A DNA stretch of 62,688 nucleotides, counting the filler, from Bipalium vagum (Eukaryota): the NCBI GenBank assembly GCA_037834085.1. It is 3 parts of 3 records of this genome, joined end to end, with 100 filler letters (N's around TTAATTAATTAA, not from the genome) between each part and the next. Parts side by side here need not be neighbours in the genome. Positions count along the whole stretch, not along the records: positions 1 to 29,291 come from JBBMKC010034289.1; 2 more parts are not named here. The stretch is one strand, 5' to 3'. Within the stretch, counting starts at the first letter, position 1. Every line of letters begins with the position of its first letter. A program made the translations under genes and the position numbers. The notes beneath the pieces are model-generated. The model was given only the letters and a program-made list of their open reading frames with translations, was not told the origin of the DNA and ran no database searches. Of the stretch, positions 14,514-28,720 are shown one piece after another.

Positions 14514-15010
14514 TTAGGTTGGTGCAAAAATAATGGCCGTTTTTCAATTTATTAGTTTAAATTTGTTTTGTATCAATATTTTAGAATAAATTTTAAAGTA
14601 CGTTTTCTGCTTAGTGATCAAGTAATTAGTTGTTTAAATGAATTAATTTATTTATATTTGACAGTCAATTTAAAAATGACTTTAAAACCAGAAATTCGGA
14701 TAATTTTGTTTCAAAAATTCAAACTTAGTGGTAATGCTGCGGAAGAGATAAGAAACGTCATCCAGGTTTTGTGTGATCAGGCAGCTTTTGAACGAAGCGG
14801 ATGGTTTGAAAAGTTTAGGTGCCAAAAAAACTATCCTTGATGATTAAAATGGTCGTGAACGTCCATCAAAAGTAGATAACAATCAGTTGAAAACAATGAT
14901 CAAAGTAGAATCAAGAGAAACAACATATGAACATTGTGAAAAACATTAGCGTTCATCAAACAACAGTTCTGATCCACTTGAACACAATTGGAAAGATTAA
15001 GAAGATGTAC
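14514..15010 (+). mobile_element. Hsmar1/cecropia-like mariner, 5' portion
   Basis: TIR TTAGGTTGGTGCAAAAATAATGGCCG closely resembles the Hsmar1 TIR; EIRIILFQKFKL..NAAE..WFEKF..RPSKVDNNQLK. Confidence 0.82.
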
Positions 15011-15459
15011 AATACTCTATTTATATATATCAAAATGATTTTGGTATATCAAGCTTGTCTAGTTCTTTCATCAGACTAGTTAAATATTATATAATTTTAA
15101 TATAAAGTATTAACAATAGAGTGTCATTTCAAGAGGCCTGTCTATCAGGTATTACTTTGAAACCTGAATAAATGGAAAAAGTTCGGGGTTTTATCCCCTT
15201 AAGTGTTTTTTTTTAAAAATATATTATGTTGATGTCACTTTTTTAATAATCAATATTCAGTCAATTAATATATCATTTAAATATATTTAAATCATTTGGT
15301 TGTCTAATTTTATGAAGCTTAATGCTTAGGATCTCATTTAGTCTAAATGCCGTCAATTAGAAATTTGCTTAAAAGTATATATTTAATCTAAAAAAACGAA
15401 ATTTATAAATAAAGTAATAATAATTTCTTTTAATATTAAATTTGAAAATTACTTAATAC

Positions 15460-16290
15460 ATGTTGCCGACAATGATAGAAGTAAATGCAATACTATTTCA
15501 GGAAGATAAATGCGTGGAATTTTTATTTAAAAGTCAAATTTTTTGTGAAAATAATATTTGTTCATCGTGCAATGGAAAAATGAATTTTCAAGTAAATCAG
15601 GATCAATGGAGATGAGGAACAAATGATAGTAGATTATCTGTTTCCATTAGAAAGGGATCATTCTTTGAAGTTCACTCCATGCCATACTCCAAAATAATGC
15701 TTATCGCTTATTTATGGTTGAATAAAGTACCCTCAACTTCAATTATAACCATGGCGGGATGCAATTCGCAAACAATTTGTAATTTTGTTAAAGATTCACT
15801 GCATTTTGAAGATTTCATGATAGGAGGAGAATGAATCACTGTTGAAGTGGATGAAACGAAACTTGGAAAGCGAAGATATAATCGAGAACATAGAGTAGAT
15901 GGAGCATGGGTAGTCGGAGGAGTATAGCGTACTGAAAAGAAAAAAATTTTCCTAGTTGAGGTGACTGATCGAAAATCAGAAACACTGACAAAGATTATTG
16001 AAAAGCACATCAAACCTAGATCAAGAATATTCCAAGCTAGAAGAAAAAGGATTTCAGCATGATACTGTGAATCATTCACAGACATATGAAACCCTATTAC
16101 TAATGTAAGTAATGAAATGTATAGGTAAATCTCATTTATTTATTGGTAAAGGTCCATACGAACAAAATTAAAAGGACCTGGAACGCACTAAAAATTCAAA
16201 TAAAACAACGGAACAGGACGAAAGATGAAGTTGATGAACACTTATTGGAATTCATATGGCGTAGGACAATTAAGGAAGATATTTTAAATA
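15460..16290 (+). mobile_element. Merlin (IS1016/ISXO2-like) transposase pseudogene with a 47-nt intron at 16105-16151
   Basis: CSSC zinc ribbon, SIRKGSFF, VEVDETKLGKRRYNR, WVVGG, TVNHS..NPITN|VHTN..W, LLEFIWRR; stops and frameshifts. Confidence 0.88.
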
Positions 16291-16689
16291 AATGATTTTA
16301 AAAAATGTCTATTTCTGTAAATAACAAAATTATGTAAGTTAAAACAATTTATAAGACAAATTAATAAAAAATTAAAAAACTAAAACGCAATATATTCATA
16401 AACAAAAAGTATATAACAAAATCACTTTCATAGTCAATAAGTTCTCAAAATTACCCCAAAATAATTGTAAAAATAAGCATTGTAAAAAAAATCAACTTTC
16501 AACCAATGCTTATATTTTTTTCAAGAACTACGATCAATGTGAATTAAATTTGTAGAGATGATAGACAAAATTCCGAATACTGTTTGATTTAAGAACTGTA
16601 TCGAAGTAAAGCGACATCAGAGACTCCTAGATCAATTGACAATATCTATTTATATGCTGTTAATATCAAAATATATCTAAGATGTTTTT

Positions 16690-16850
16690 CCAGAATCAAA
16701 GTCAAAATTTTGATTTTACAAACACTCCTGGATCGGGCAGGTCGTTGGTTGTGCATGCTGATGTCATACAGGCAACGATTGAAAAAATCCATTTCAAACA
16801 CAATTTGAAATCAACAGGGAAATAATTTGATAACATTTTGAAAAGATGAG
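16690..16850 (+). mobile_element. short, highly decayed mariner HTH fragment
   Basis: TPGSGRSLVVHADVIQATIEK(N)PFQTQFEI resembles the SGRP..IE.NP.QT..EI motif. Confidence 0.4.
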
Positions 16851-19379
16851 TAAAGGTAGTAATGCGTGAATATGAAGACTTCATAAACTTACCCATAGTG
16901 AAAAATAGAATATTGTTTTAATTTTCAAAACAAGATATTCCTAAACAAGAAAAAGAAGACTTTTTGAATAGTATGATAAGTATTGCCAAGAAATAGTTTG
17001 TGTACGGAAAGTGCAACCATACAATTTATTGGATTCACCTTGCCAAAGTCCTGTAATCATATTCACCAAATGTTCATCAGAAAAAGATAATGTTAATTGT
17101 TCTCTAGTGGTTCTCTAGATGTAGTGATAATCGTCTATGTGTAAATGGAGTGATTACCAGGATAATACACGATCGCATCATACCTCAAAGAAAACAGTCC
17201 AGAAAATTATCGGCTTTCAGATGTATCCAACTAATTTATTTGCCAAAACATATTTTTTAATTGACACATTTCAATTTTATTTTAAAATGGAAAATTAATT
17301 AATTCTTTAATAAGATTTTCCTCTAAAAATTCCAAATGAATCGGACATTTAATATGAAATCACATATGAAAGATGTACTTAATAATTATATCTAATGTAA
17401 AATTGTTTTAAAACGGTATTTCTAAATTTCAGCATTTCATCAATCATTTTAGAGTAACTATTTTTCAGGCCTTTTATTAGAATTCAGACAAAAACTTTCA
17501 TTTTTGAAAATTAAATCATCAATTTAATTTCGGACATTATCAAGAGTTTGGAAAATGTTGGGTTAGCCCAAGACATCATCCGAGTATGGTTAAACATGAA
17601 GGCTATGAACACCTGAGACTGAGCAACACACCATTCATAGAACTTCATTATCAATTGTGGTCAGCTTAAAATTCCTTTGGAATAATTTTTCGCAGTGCCT
17701 CATGGACTTTTTGCTGCTATCTTTGCATTAGACCATTTTTTTGGTATGGAAAAAGAACCCAAATATTTAGTTCTGATAGTCTTTTAGTTAAAAAAAGAAA
17801 CAAAATTTGAAATATTAAATGATGAAATAATAAAAAGATTAATAATTTGTAACCAACATTTGAAAGTTACGCGAAAAGTTCAAATAAACAAATGTTCTAA
17901 ACAATGATATCAATTGCCACGTTGTTAATGAATCGGAAATTTAATATGAAATTACATATGAAAAATAAAATTCATTATTATTTTATCTGAATGAATGTCA
18001 CATGTTCCTGGAATTCGATTTAAGTGAAAATCTTAAACAACTTTACTTATATATAATGTTGTGATTAGGAAAAAAGAATCAATTTTATAACTACTTAAGA
18101 TTTAAAAACTGGTCTCTGAAAGATGCATAATTAACTAAAAATATTATTTAATTTAAATCATAAATTTGTTTAAATATTACCTTTAAATAATAAGATTTTA
18201 AGATTATTTGACGTAGAGGAAATCAGAGGAGATCGTGTTGATTGAATAAAAAATTATTGTGATGTGAAAATCTTCAATTTTATCAATTATAAAATAATTA
18301 TGTTTAAAAAATTATATTTTATTATCAAATTAGTTTTATGTAAATATGATATAGAAAAATAAAAGCATAATAAAATTTTGAAATTATTATTATTATTCCT
18401 GGTAAAGGTAGAACGCTTAATGGATATTTCAAAGCAAGTTCATTGTTGCATAACTTGTAAATTAGAAGTTGTAATAAAATATGAAACAGGAAACAAACTG
18501 AGACCAAAAGGGAAGCAGAGGAAATTAAAATAAATTTATTGTCTCAGTAAAATAACAATTTGGAGATTTTTATGAGGTTTGGTAATGATATTTTGAAAAA
18601 TAAGTGTACACATATGTGGAATTTGATATATTTAATCAGTTGAAGATATTTGAAAGCTTTAATTTAACAAATTTTATATTTATTGAATTTTAATATTTTT
18701 ATATTATATTTTAATAAATCACAAATTACAAATAGAAATAATCGAATATTTTTTCTATATATTTCTGAACAATTTTCTATAAATCTTGAATAGGATTATA
18801 TATATTTTTGCATGGAATTATATATATTTCGAATATTTTTGTATAAATTTCTGCATAAAGCTGTATTGTTATTAATAAAATAATAAACATTGTTTTATCA
18901 TATTAATTCCGAAAAATCTCTATTGCTCTAAACAAAATAAACTTTGATTCGTTTGAATCAAACACAAATTGAGAACATTCTGGATGACATAAACGATAAG
19001 AACGAAATAAAAATAATTAACGTTTATTTTTTCTTTCAATCTCACCTGTTGACTTCTTACCCCATCCTTCTATTTTATTTATTAATTTGCTTTATTACAA
19101 TTATTATTAAAAATCGAAAATAAATGTTGTTGATGATGAGCATTTAAACAAGTTCAATTACAAGATATTTGGCTGGCAGCATTTAATATGAACTTATCTT
19201 ATATATAAAAAGATATGTTTCTTTTTTAATACTAAGCAATTTCGGATAAAAAACTTATTTTTTATATTAATTATTCTGCTTAATTTTTTATTATTTTATT
19301 CGAAACTTTAAATTTTTATCAATTAAAAAAATTTTTTTATAAAATTTAGTGGAGAACCAACGGAGTTTGCAGATTTTAT

Positions 19380-19825
19380 GGCTGAATACAGACAGGTAGC
19401 AGAAGCATTGGGATATGATGAGTGGTTACAGAGTTGACAAAGAAATTGATACCAGAGATATTAGCAGGGTGAGCAGGCAAATGTTTCACCAGAGCCGATG
19501 GGAGAATACGTTTATCAAATTGAGTTGTTAGCACAAAGTGCTTTTGGACCAAAGGGTCAATGCACGGAGACAATAAGGAAAATTGTGGAGGATCAATTTT
19601 TCATAGGATTATTGCATCCTTTGAGAACAGCATTAGAACTAGCTGATTAGAGGGATATGGATGAATTTTTGCAAAAAGGAAAACGAGCAGAGATGAACAT
19701 TAAAGGAAACCCACCGATGATTTGTGAAGTTAGAAGTAATCGAAGAGATAATAGCAGGTCAAGAAACATGAAAAATAAGAGTGATAATCTAGAGCAGGTA
19801 CCAAAAAAGTGTTATAATTTTGCTT
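19380..19825 (+). mobile_element. Ty3/gypsy gag remnant
   Basis: EPMGEYVYQIELLAQSAF...IVEDQFFIGL...KKCYN (capsid-like motif and start of a zinc knuckle); purine-rich; stop codons. Confidence 0.6.
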
Positions 19826-21493
19826 CAGTTTTTCATTAATAATTTATTAATAAAATTTTGATTTTATTTACCACTTCAAATGAGAATGAAGAAAATATTG
19901 ATTTATTAGAATAACAGGAAAAAGGATGAAACATAAACATCGCAAGATGGAAATATGGAAAAATAGCTCAGTCTCTCATAGTGCTAAGGAAGCAGAAAGA
20001 GACAAGCTTCCAAAGATCTTAATAAACTTTTAAGACTCTTATTAATGAAACTTTATGTAAAATTATTAATTTTCTTTAGACTTGTAAAATATATTTTATT
20101 TTTATAATTCATTTAAATAAAATGTAACATTTTATTAAGAAATTAAAATAAAATAATTCCTGACCAGTTAATATTATTACTGTTATTATACTATATTAGA
20201 GAATTTCTATGCTATTTTAAAGAAAATCGTACTATAAAATATAGAAAATTATAATTTAATATAAAATATTATACTAAATTATAAAATATCAGAAAATTGT
20301 CATTTTTATACAAAATTTTAGTTAAATTATTATTTATATAAAATAAATATATTATACAGGATGGCACAGTAGTCATTTTCCTATTTAGAAATTGAGTGAT
20401 AAAGTTTTATTGAATTATTGAATGTGTTTTTAGAGATTTATAAATTATAGTTCTTTTAAATTTAACGCATAGAAATTGTCGAACTATTATGTGATTGTAG
20501 ACGTGATTCTATTTATAAAATGAATAATTTTTAATATTAAACTATTAGTAGAAATTTAAGTTCTGATTCGTTATCTTTCTCCTCACTGATGATTGATCTT
20601 AATGATGAAAGAAAGATAACCAGTTCAACAATAAAAATTATTGATAATAACACAATGATTAACACAAATATTCAGTGTTCCAAAAACAACCAATTCCTCT
20701 TATTTGAAATCAAATAGATCTTAAGCAATGTCAACAAAATATAAGGTAAACACAAAACGAATATCAATAACAATAAAAATGAATTGATAGTTCAATAAAT
20801 AAGTTAAGTCAAACAATGAAATCGAAATATAAATCAGTCACAATAGTTAAAATATGAATATGAAAAGTAAATAGATTTATAAAGAACAAAACAAAAACTC
20901 CTTATCCGAACGTGAGAATTCAACTAATCATTGGATCATCAGTTAAACGACCAAACTCCACAAAGTCCGTTGATTGTCTTTTAATAATAATGCAACAATT
21001 ATACATACTTTAAAATAGTCCTCTTCCAATCTTCCTAATATTCAGAATAATAATTTTCCTCATTTACCACTCTTTAAGTAAAAAACTGCCAAGTGCCTTA
21101 TTATCCGACCAACAGTATCTTGAATGGAAAAACTTTCGCAATCCTGTATTTCCCTGAGTGGCATTACGTTTACCAACATAGTCACCGATCAAGAAATTCA
21201 GTGTGCCAATTAAAACTTAAAATTTTAAAATATTTAATTAATATTCTTATTATTCCCGATCCTTCTTGTGATTCATTTCCCCAATTAAATTCAAAAATAC
21301 CTTTGAACAAACCAAATAAAATTTATAAAGTAGTTCATTAGTATATACATGTGTATGTTGGGTTTTGTATAAAATGATTTATTACTTGATCTGACTCCTT
21401 AGGTGTTTGTGTTTGTGAAGGTAGTTATATGAATCACACGTATAAAGTTTATAAAAAATAAAAATACCAATAACAATGAAATTTCAAATTATA

Positions 21494-22760
21494 TTAAGAG
21501 TACCCATAAGTAATCAATTATTTAAGTGGCAAAACAAAAAAAGAATTTAAATACATTTATTTCTATTTTTAATAGATTATATAATTTCCATCGTTGTCTA
21601 GGACCTTTTGCCATCTTGTTGGTAAAATTTCAATTCCCCGGCTATAAAATTCTGTATCTTATGAAGAGAGATATGATTCTAGGTGAGTTCGAACATCATC
21701 GGCATTTTTGAAATTTTGATTCTTCAGGGAATGTTCCATGGACCGGAATAAATGAAAATCTAATGGCACTATGTCTGAAGGATATGGGGTGTGTGGTGAA
21801 ACTTCCCAGTCTAGCTGCCTTAATATTTTGGTTAATTTTGCTACATGAGGTCTTGCATTATCATGTTGCATATTACACCTTTTCTGTTAACCAAACCTAG
21901 TCGTTTTACGAACAATTGGTTTCGTAATCTATCCAATTGTTGGCAATACAATTCAGCCTTAACTGATTCTACTGATTTCAATAGTTCAAAATGAATTATG
22001 CCAGCACAGTCCTAACAAGCGCACAATAATACCTTCTTTAGAGTGAAGGATTGTTTCGGAATGAGTACGCCTAGTTGATTTGGAGAAAGCTATTGCTTGG
22101 TGCGCTTGTTGTTGTTGTACAAGACCTATTTCTCGTCACCATTAACAATCCTTCTTAAAAACAAATCATTTCTTTGTCTGCGCAAAAGAGATGTGCAAAT
22201 TGTACCCCGTTGATTTTTATTCATCTCCGACAATAGATGTAACCATATACCCTGTCTGTAAACCTTCCCGTTTTCTTTAAGATGTCTTTAAACTGTTGAC
22301 CAAGTAGCTTAAAGAGTTTTTGCTGTTTCCTGGACACTCATTTTGAGATTCGTTTCCACCAGTGGTTTTAGAGCATTTTTATCAAACCCTGCCGGGCGTC
22401 CAATTTGAGCGCTATCAGACAAGCCAAAATTCATTTGAAAATTTTCGAAACCAATGTGGGCACTTATTGACTTTTAATACGTCTCCATACACATCACAAA
22501 TCTTCTTTTTTGCAACGGTTGCATTAACACCCGATCGAAAATGAAACATTATGCAATGTCGTAAATGTTCCTCACTTGGTTGATTCTCCGCCATTTTATA
22601 TCTGAATAATAAAAACGTTTGAATTTAATTATAATCAATATTCAAGGTCAATGATTGTAATTTAACGTAATAAAACACGTGTTTATATATTCAGGGTCTC
22701 AGCTAGAATGAAGCAAACACTGCATTCTAAAAATAATTGATTACCTATGGGTACTCTTAA
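21494..22760 (-). mobile_element. full-length (1267 bp) mariner with inactivated transposase (ATG at 22594)
   Basis: TIR TTAAGAGTACCCATA(A/G)GTAATCAATTATTT at both ends with TA; GDEK, HDNARPH and HTPYPSDIVPLDFHLF motifs; multiple stops. Confidence 0.93.
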
Positions 22761-22884
22761 TATATCTTAATGACAGTTCACAATGTTATAAATAAAACGT
22801 CTGTGATAGAAATAACAATTTCGTTTTTAATTACAAGAACTTAGTCTGTACTAGGGAGAATACAGACGCCTTGATAATCCTGAG

Positions 22885-23065
22885 ATTTATATGTTGGACT
22901 CTATACCGATGGAGCACCATCATTGGTTGGTTCTTTCAAAAGCCTTGCATCTTTAGTGGAAGAACGGAATCCTAACATCGTTCGTACTCATTGTTTTTTA
23001 CACTGAGAAGTATTAGTTTCAAAGATAACACAAATTGAACTAAATGATTTGTTTGATCAAGTAAA
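22885..23065 (+). mobile_element. hAT (Buster/Charlie-like) transposase fragment
   Basis: YVGLYTDGAPSLVG...THCFLH*EVL (TDGA and CxxH motifs). Confidence 0.8.
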
Positions 23066-23585
23066 ACAAAATTGAAGAATATTTCTCCACAATCAGCATT
23101 GTAGAATTTGATTGGATTAATAATTCTTTCCAAGATCTATCGAACATTAATCTATGCAACTTTGAGTAATGTGATGTGGAAAAACTAGCAAGTCCTTCAG
23201 TTGATCGGGGACTGAAATTGAGATTGAGCAGATGAATTGAGATTCAAAATTTTAATTTTTGGTTTAATTAGCTATTTAAATTATTTAAAATTTCAAAGAA
23301 ATTTTAGGAAACTATTTTATTAAGAGTAACAATTATTTATTTAAATATGTTTAGATATATTTTAACATTACAATATGAATTTAGGAACTTCTTAAATAAA
23401 TTTATATTGATTTTACTAATGTTTTCATTAAAAATTATGTATATAGAATTAATTGGTTTTTTGAAGAGTAATTTTGAATGTTTCAGAAATATTTCTCTTT
23501 CAATTAAAATTTGTTTTTGTTTAAATAATATTTTGAAACGTGAAATATTTGAGATTTTCATATTATTTCATTTTAATCAAATAAT

Positions 23586-24303
23586 ATGGATTTTAATAAT
23601 ACTTTTAAAAGCTTTGTCACAAATGAAACAAAATGCTTGATTACTTCCTACGGAGAATCGAGCAGTTGTCAGTTTATTGCCAGTCAAGTATCGAATAATC
23701 CAGATCTAAGTTCCGTTGCGATTGTTTGCTTAGAACAACCATCTTCATATTATAAGGAAGCATTGAAGAGCTTGGGAGTTTTTCGTAACATAGATAAAAT
23801 TACTTTCTGGGAATTAAAGGAATTCAATTTTCAAACATCGAACACTGATCTTTTCAATGATATTATGAATTTCTTAAGCAAAGATCACAACAATTCAAAA
23901 TCAATTTATTTTGATAACATTAGCATTTTGTCCTATCTGGGATTGGAAACTAATCATATAATGAAAATTTTCCAATTAATTCTGCGGTTGCCAGAATTTA
24001 TCATTATTGGATGTCACATAAATGAAGACGAAAATGAATTGAGAAAAGCTTTCACATTGATAAAGTATTACTTTCCTTTCGCAATCGACATTAAACCACT
24101 GAAGAGCGGTTACTCTCGATCCCTTGATGGCGAAGTTATTTTTGTTGATTGAATATTTTCCCTTTATTTATTGTTACTAGGTTACCTTTTATGCTAAAGG
24201 ATCCGCCTTTAATCAAATTGTGCCCAACATATATCATTACAGCCTGCAGTACAAAACAATACAACTGTTTTCTTTGGGTACAAGCAAACTGATCTCCAAC
24301 TGA
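23586..24303 (+). CDS. ELP6: Elongator complex protein 6-like; exons 23586-24134 and 24181-24303, 223 aa
   Basis: VCLEQPSSYY, IYFDNISILSYLG and IKPLKSGYSRSLDGE|VTF..YHY..KTIQLFSLGTS match the ELP6 pattern; a 46-nt GT-AG phase-0 intron restores the C-terminus. Confidence 0.8.
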
Positions 24304-26510
24304 TTTTTCTGAATGAAATATTTGTTCTTTGAAACGTTTGTCTGTCTTTTAATAATTTTAATTGTTTACATTTTCAATTTATTAATTGGTCCTAAATCCG
24401 TTTTTTGATGAGAATCGTCCTCCATATTTTCGTTTAATGTTTTATTATACTTTTCCAATGTACGTTTCTTACTAATCCGGGTCTCTAAAATTACTTGTAG
24501 TCAAGACAACAGTCTCTAAATAGACTTCCCCTTATAATATATGTTCATTTTTATTTTCACGTCAATTTATAAAACAAGGATCAATTGTTTGCTTGCTAAG
24601 TTTAATTGGTATTTTTAAGAAGATTTAATAACGAAAGGCCAACGTTTTACGCTAAATTAAGCTTTTTTCTAGTGGTCAGCAGATTTCATAGTTATAAATC
24701 AATGTCATTTTTGATAAGCATAAAAAATTAATCCTAAACATCATTTCCATAAACTGGTCTCAGTTTCCTGTGATATTTTAACCTTTCAAGATCTCTGAAA
24801 AGATTGTACGATTGGATTAGGGTTTGTCTAGTCAGAAGACAATACAGACTTGTTTTATGACTTTATCAATCGATGAGCTTATGAATATATTAAGCGAATT
24901 AATTTTGAAATCGAGTAATAATAATTTTCTCTTGAACCTTATTCTTTTAAAACAATTTTCACACTAATATTTTTCATATGAATTTGTTTTAATAGATTAA
25001 TTAAATGAAATATGTTTAAATTAAGAGTGAAGTAATTATTTAATGTTCCATTGTTAATTCAACTTTTCATTTGATTTTCTTTTACTTTTATTTTTGTAAT
25101 TTTTCAATCTCCTTTTTAAATATTTTTACCCATTCAAATTTTTTAAAATATAAAATAGATTTTTCACATTTTCACCCGATTTTAATTTGATATGAATAAA
25201 ATTTCTTAATAGTATTCCATACCTTCGTAATTTCTCTGAATATTTTTTCTTTTTACTCGTTAAACCATCAAAAACTGTCTCGCCTATGAAAAAATTAATA
25301 TCCTCCTTAATACCAGTGTCAACAGAAATATATGTAAATTTGTTTTTTTATAATAAATATAAAATATTTTTATGACCCCTAATATTTTTGATTTTATTTC
25401 TTTCTAATAGTTCCGTAAGAGGATTAAAATATCTGACTTCTAAAATCTTAATTTATGTGAGCTTCGCCCCAAATTTGGATAATGATGCTGGATTTTCGCC
25501 GTATAATAATTATAATGTAATAATAGCAAAAATAAAATCGTCATAATAATATTAACTAAAATAAATATTTTTTTTAATAATAAATTTTATACGGATAATT
25601 TAAAACAGTAAGGTTAACAATAATAAAAATTATAATAATATCAATATTTTCCCTGAAGAGACCAAAAAACAAGAGCCGTTTTTTTCCATTAGGCATATAG
25701 TGCTGCTTATCATTAGTAATTAATTGATTTTCCTCAGATAGTATTTGCTATGGATAATCACAGAAGCTGCCAGTTATAGGAGCTTGAATGTTTTGCTAGC
25801 GACCAAATAAAGAGCTCACAGAGATGGTAGCTTTTCGGGAGATTTGAATGAGATAAAGGGATATCTGTTTTCTATATAAAAGAAAAAACGACATTTGACC
25901 AAGATATCAAAGAGATTAAAATTAACAAGATATTTCATAGCGATGACAAAGATGTTTCTCAATGGAGTTCTTCAGAAGCCCTTGACTTCGTTGAGTTTGA
26001 CAGACTACGATAGATAATAGACCACGACGATAATAAAACTCGTACTTGGATCAGGAGATTGGTTAATATTCTCTAATCCGATGATAACTCTATTCTTTGT
26101 TTTATTTTAATCATTGATTAACTGTATTGTTATCTATATTTTTTATTGATTAATATTCTAATTATCTGTATTAGAATTTAATTATTAATGTTATTGCTAT
26201 CATTCCTTTTGGTACTTATTGTATTATATCCGATGCATAATGGTAGAACGTTTGGTTAGCGAACAGTTGAAATTGATATTAGCGGAACTTAATATAATTA
26301 TGAGTACGATCCAGAGTTTGGTTGATTAACTTGTTTCTAGTCGTGGACGTCGAGTTATTAATATTGACATTTCTTGTAGTGATTTGAATTGATGTTTAAT
26401 AAATCTTATTGTTATGTTATTTTGATTTTGTCGTGGGATTATTGTAGAGCCTAGCTATAATAAAAGATTTGGATTGTAGGTAATGAAATTTTCATTTTAT
26501 TTAATATCTA

Positions 26511-27500
26511 CAGTGGTTGGCCAAATAATTATGAATACTTAAAAATTTAGCTGATTTTTATGTTTAAGTATTTTTAAAAGATTCTGTGTAAAATAATTAT
26601 TGTTTAAAGATATGTAATGGTGGTTTAAACTCTACACAATAAAATTGTGGTAATTTTAAATATTGAAATTGAATGAGTACGAAATGGTTTTGAACGTTTA
26701 TGTCATTTTAGGGGAATTAAATAACTTCGAAATTTTAAATTACTAGTGAAAAAATTTAATTTTTGATAATAAATGAAGATAAACCTTTTTAATTTAAGGC
26801 GATTACTAATCTATTTTAATATTAATCTGATTAAAGTATTGTTCCAATATATACATATATATATTGATAGCACACGTTATATTTTTATTTTTAAAAAGAT
26901 ATCAATTTTTGAAATGGGAAAATATAAGGATATCTGTCCAATGAAAATCTCGCAATTCCAACTCTTTAGAATAACATCTCTAATTCTCAGAAGCAAATAA
27001 CATCTATAAAAAGTGTTTCGAAATACTTTGGAAACAGGATAAAAAATGACAATAATTCAACTGTGAAGCATCAGCGAACGGGTATATGTGAACGACAGTG
27101 CATCACTGCCCATAGTTCTGACCGCAAAATCAAGCAAACCTTTCTGCAAAACAGAAAATTAAGTACAACTACACTGACAAACATCTTTAACAATGAAGGA
27201 AGTCCTGTCTCAGAAAGAGTTGTTCGTTGGAGATTAGCTGAAGGAAGAATATTATGTCATAGGCTAGTTATCAAGTCAAACTTGACTGTAGCCATGAAGA
27301 AAAATCGCCTGCAATAGGCTCGAACATATGAAAAATGGACTGTAGACAATTGAAATAAAGTAAGAATGTCTTATATTCTATGGTAAAGTTTAAAATTAGA
27401 AATATTTATGTTTAATAGGATTTCTTTTCTGATGTACAAGTTTTCAAATTCTTTCGGTTAAAAAATATCTTCGTACGACTTCATCCAGAGGAGAAGTAAC
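26511..27500 (+). mobile_element. Tc1-like transposon, 5' portion, with a 59-nt intron at 27360-27418
   Basis: TA|CAGTGGTTGGCCAAAT end; MGKYKDI start; VSERVVRWRL..LTVAMKKNRL..WTVDN*NK|DFFSD; GTAAGA...TAG intron just before the first catalytic D. Confidence 0.8.
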
Positions 27501-28120
27501 ACCCCCATTTCGTCTTAGAAGTCATCTCATTTCTGGTATGATTGTATTCACGGTGACTGTTCTCTTCAGCTGACTTTCTCAAGATTCAGATTGTCGTTCG
27601 CATTGTCATGATATCCATTTGATTATCAGAGGGTCTGAATTAAATACGATGTTGGCATGAAGATCAGCTTTAAACATTTACTTCTACTAATATACCGAAT
27701 TAATCCTATTTTTTACCTGGTACACGCATTTAGGCCACCAAACGTGGAGCAGTGTTAAGATGAAAGCGAATTTCACGACACCACTTTTATTAAGTATTAA
27801 TGAAAAAGTAATTTCGTTTTCTTTTTCTGGAAGAGGGAGAGATTTTACTAGAATTTTCAAATTGAAAAAAAATATAAAATAAAAATTTTCCTAACTGTAA
27901 CTGTAAAACATGTACATTTACAATATATAAAATAATCTCTTGATTATTAAATTATTAAATAATAATTAAAATTAAAACTAAAATAATATTAATTGTAAAT
28001 AAATAAATAATAATAATAATAATAAAATAATAGAAAAATAATTCAATTAATTTAATATTAATTAAATATATAAATATAAATTAAATTAAATTTACTATTC
28101 ATTTATATATATATATAATA

Positions 28121-28720
28121 CACACCTGGACAAAAAAATTGAGGCTTACATAATTTATATTATACATTATGAGAACATTTATTTTAACAATTTTACAGCA
28201 ATTTTATAAAAATTTTCAAGCAATATATCATTAACTAAATAAGAAATATTAATAAGGGATATATTTCCATTTAGCCAATTTAAGCAACTTGAGCCTTTTG
28301 GGTAGGCTATATGATAGTCTCTGACAATGTTCTGTATTATAATGATTTTCCATTCTTTCTCGACTGCTTTCCACAGTTGGTCAGGAGTATTGAAAATCTT
28401 CCCGGCTAGTTTTGCCTTTATGTTTGCCCATATATTCCCAATGGGATTAAGATCTGGCGATTGTCCAGACCTATACATAACCGGTATACCTTTTTTCTTC
28501 AACCATGCTTTTGTTGTTTTTCCGTGCATAACCTCTCGATGCTTGGAAGCAACCAAATATCTAATATCCTTTGGTACTTTTTGGCATTAATTGACCCAGT
28601 ACATCCTATAAGCTCACCAACTCCAGATGCTGGGAATATTCCCCAAACCATAATTCTTTTTACAGAACCTGTTGTCTTGAACTGGTAGCGGACTATAATT
28701 CTCAGTCGACTAAATTTTAT
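28121..28720 (-). mobile_element. Tc1-like transposon, 3' portion
   Basis: IMVWG..SGVG and GQSPDLNPIGNIW motifs; TA|CACACCTGGACAAAAAAATTG end. Confidence 0.85.

Noticed and set aside
23337-23640. Overlapping hydrophobic ORFs upstream of ELP6
   Set aside because: AT-rich chance ORFs with F/I/L/K/N bias.
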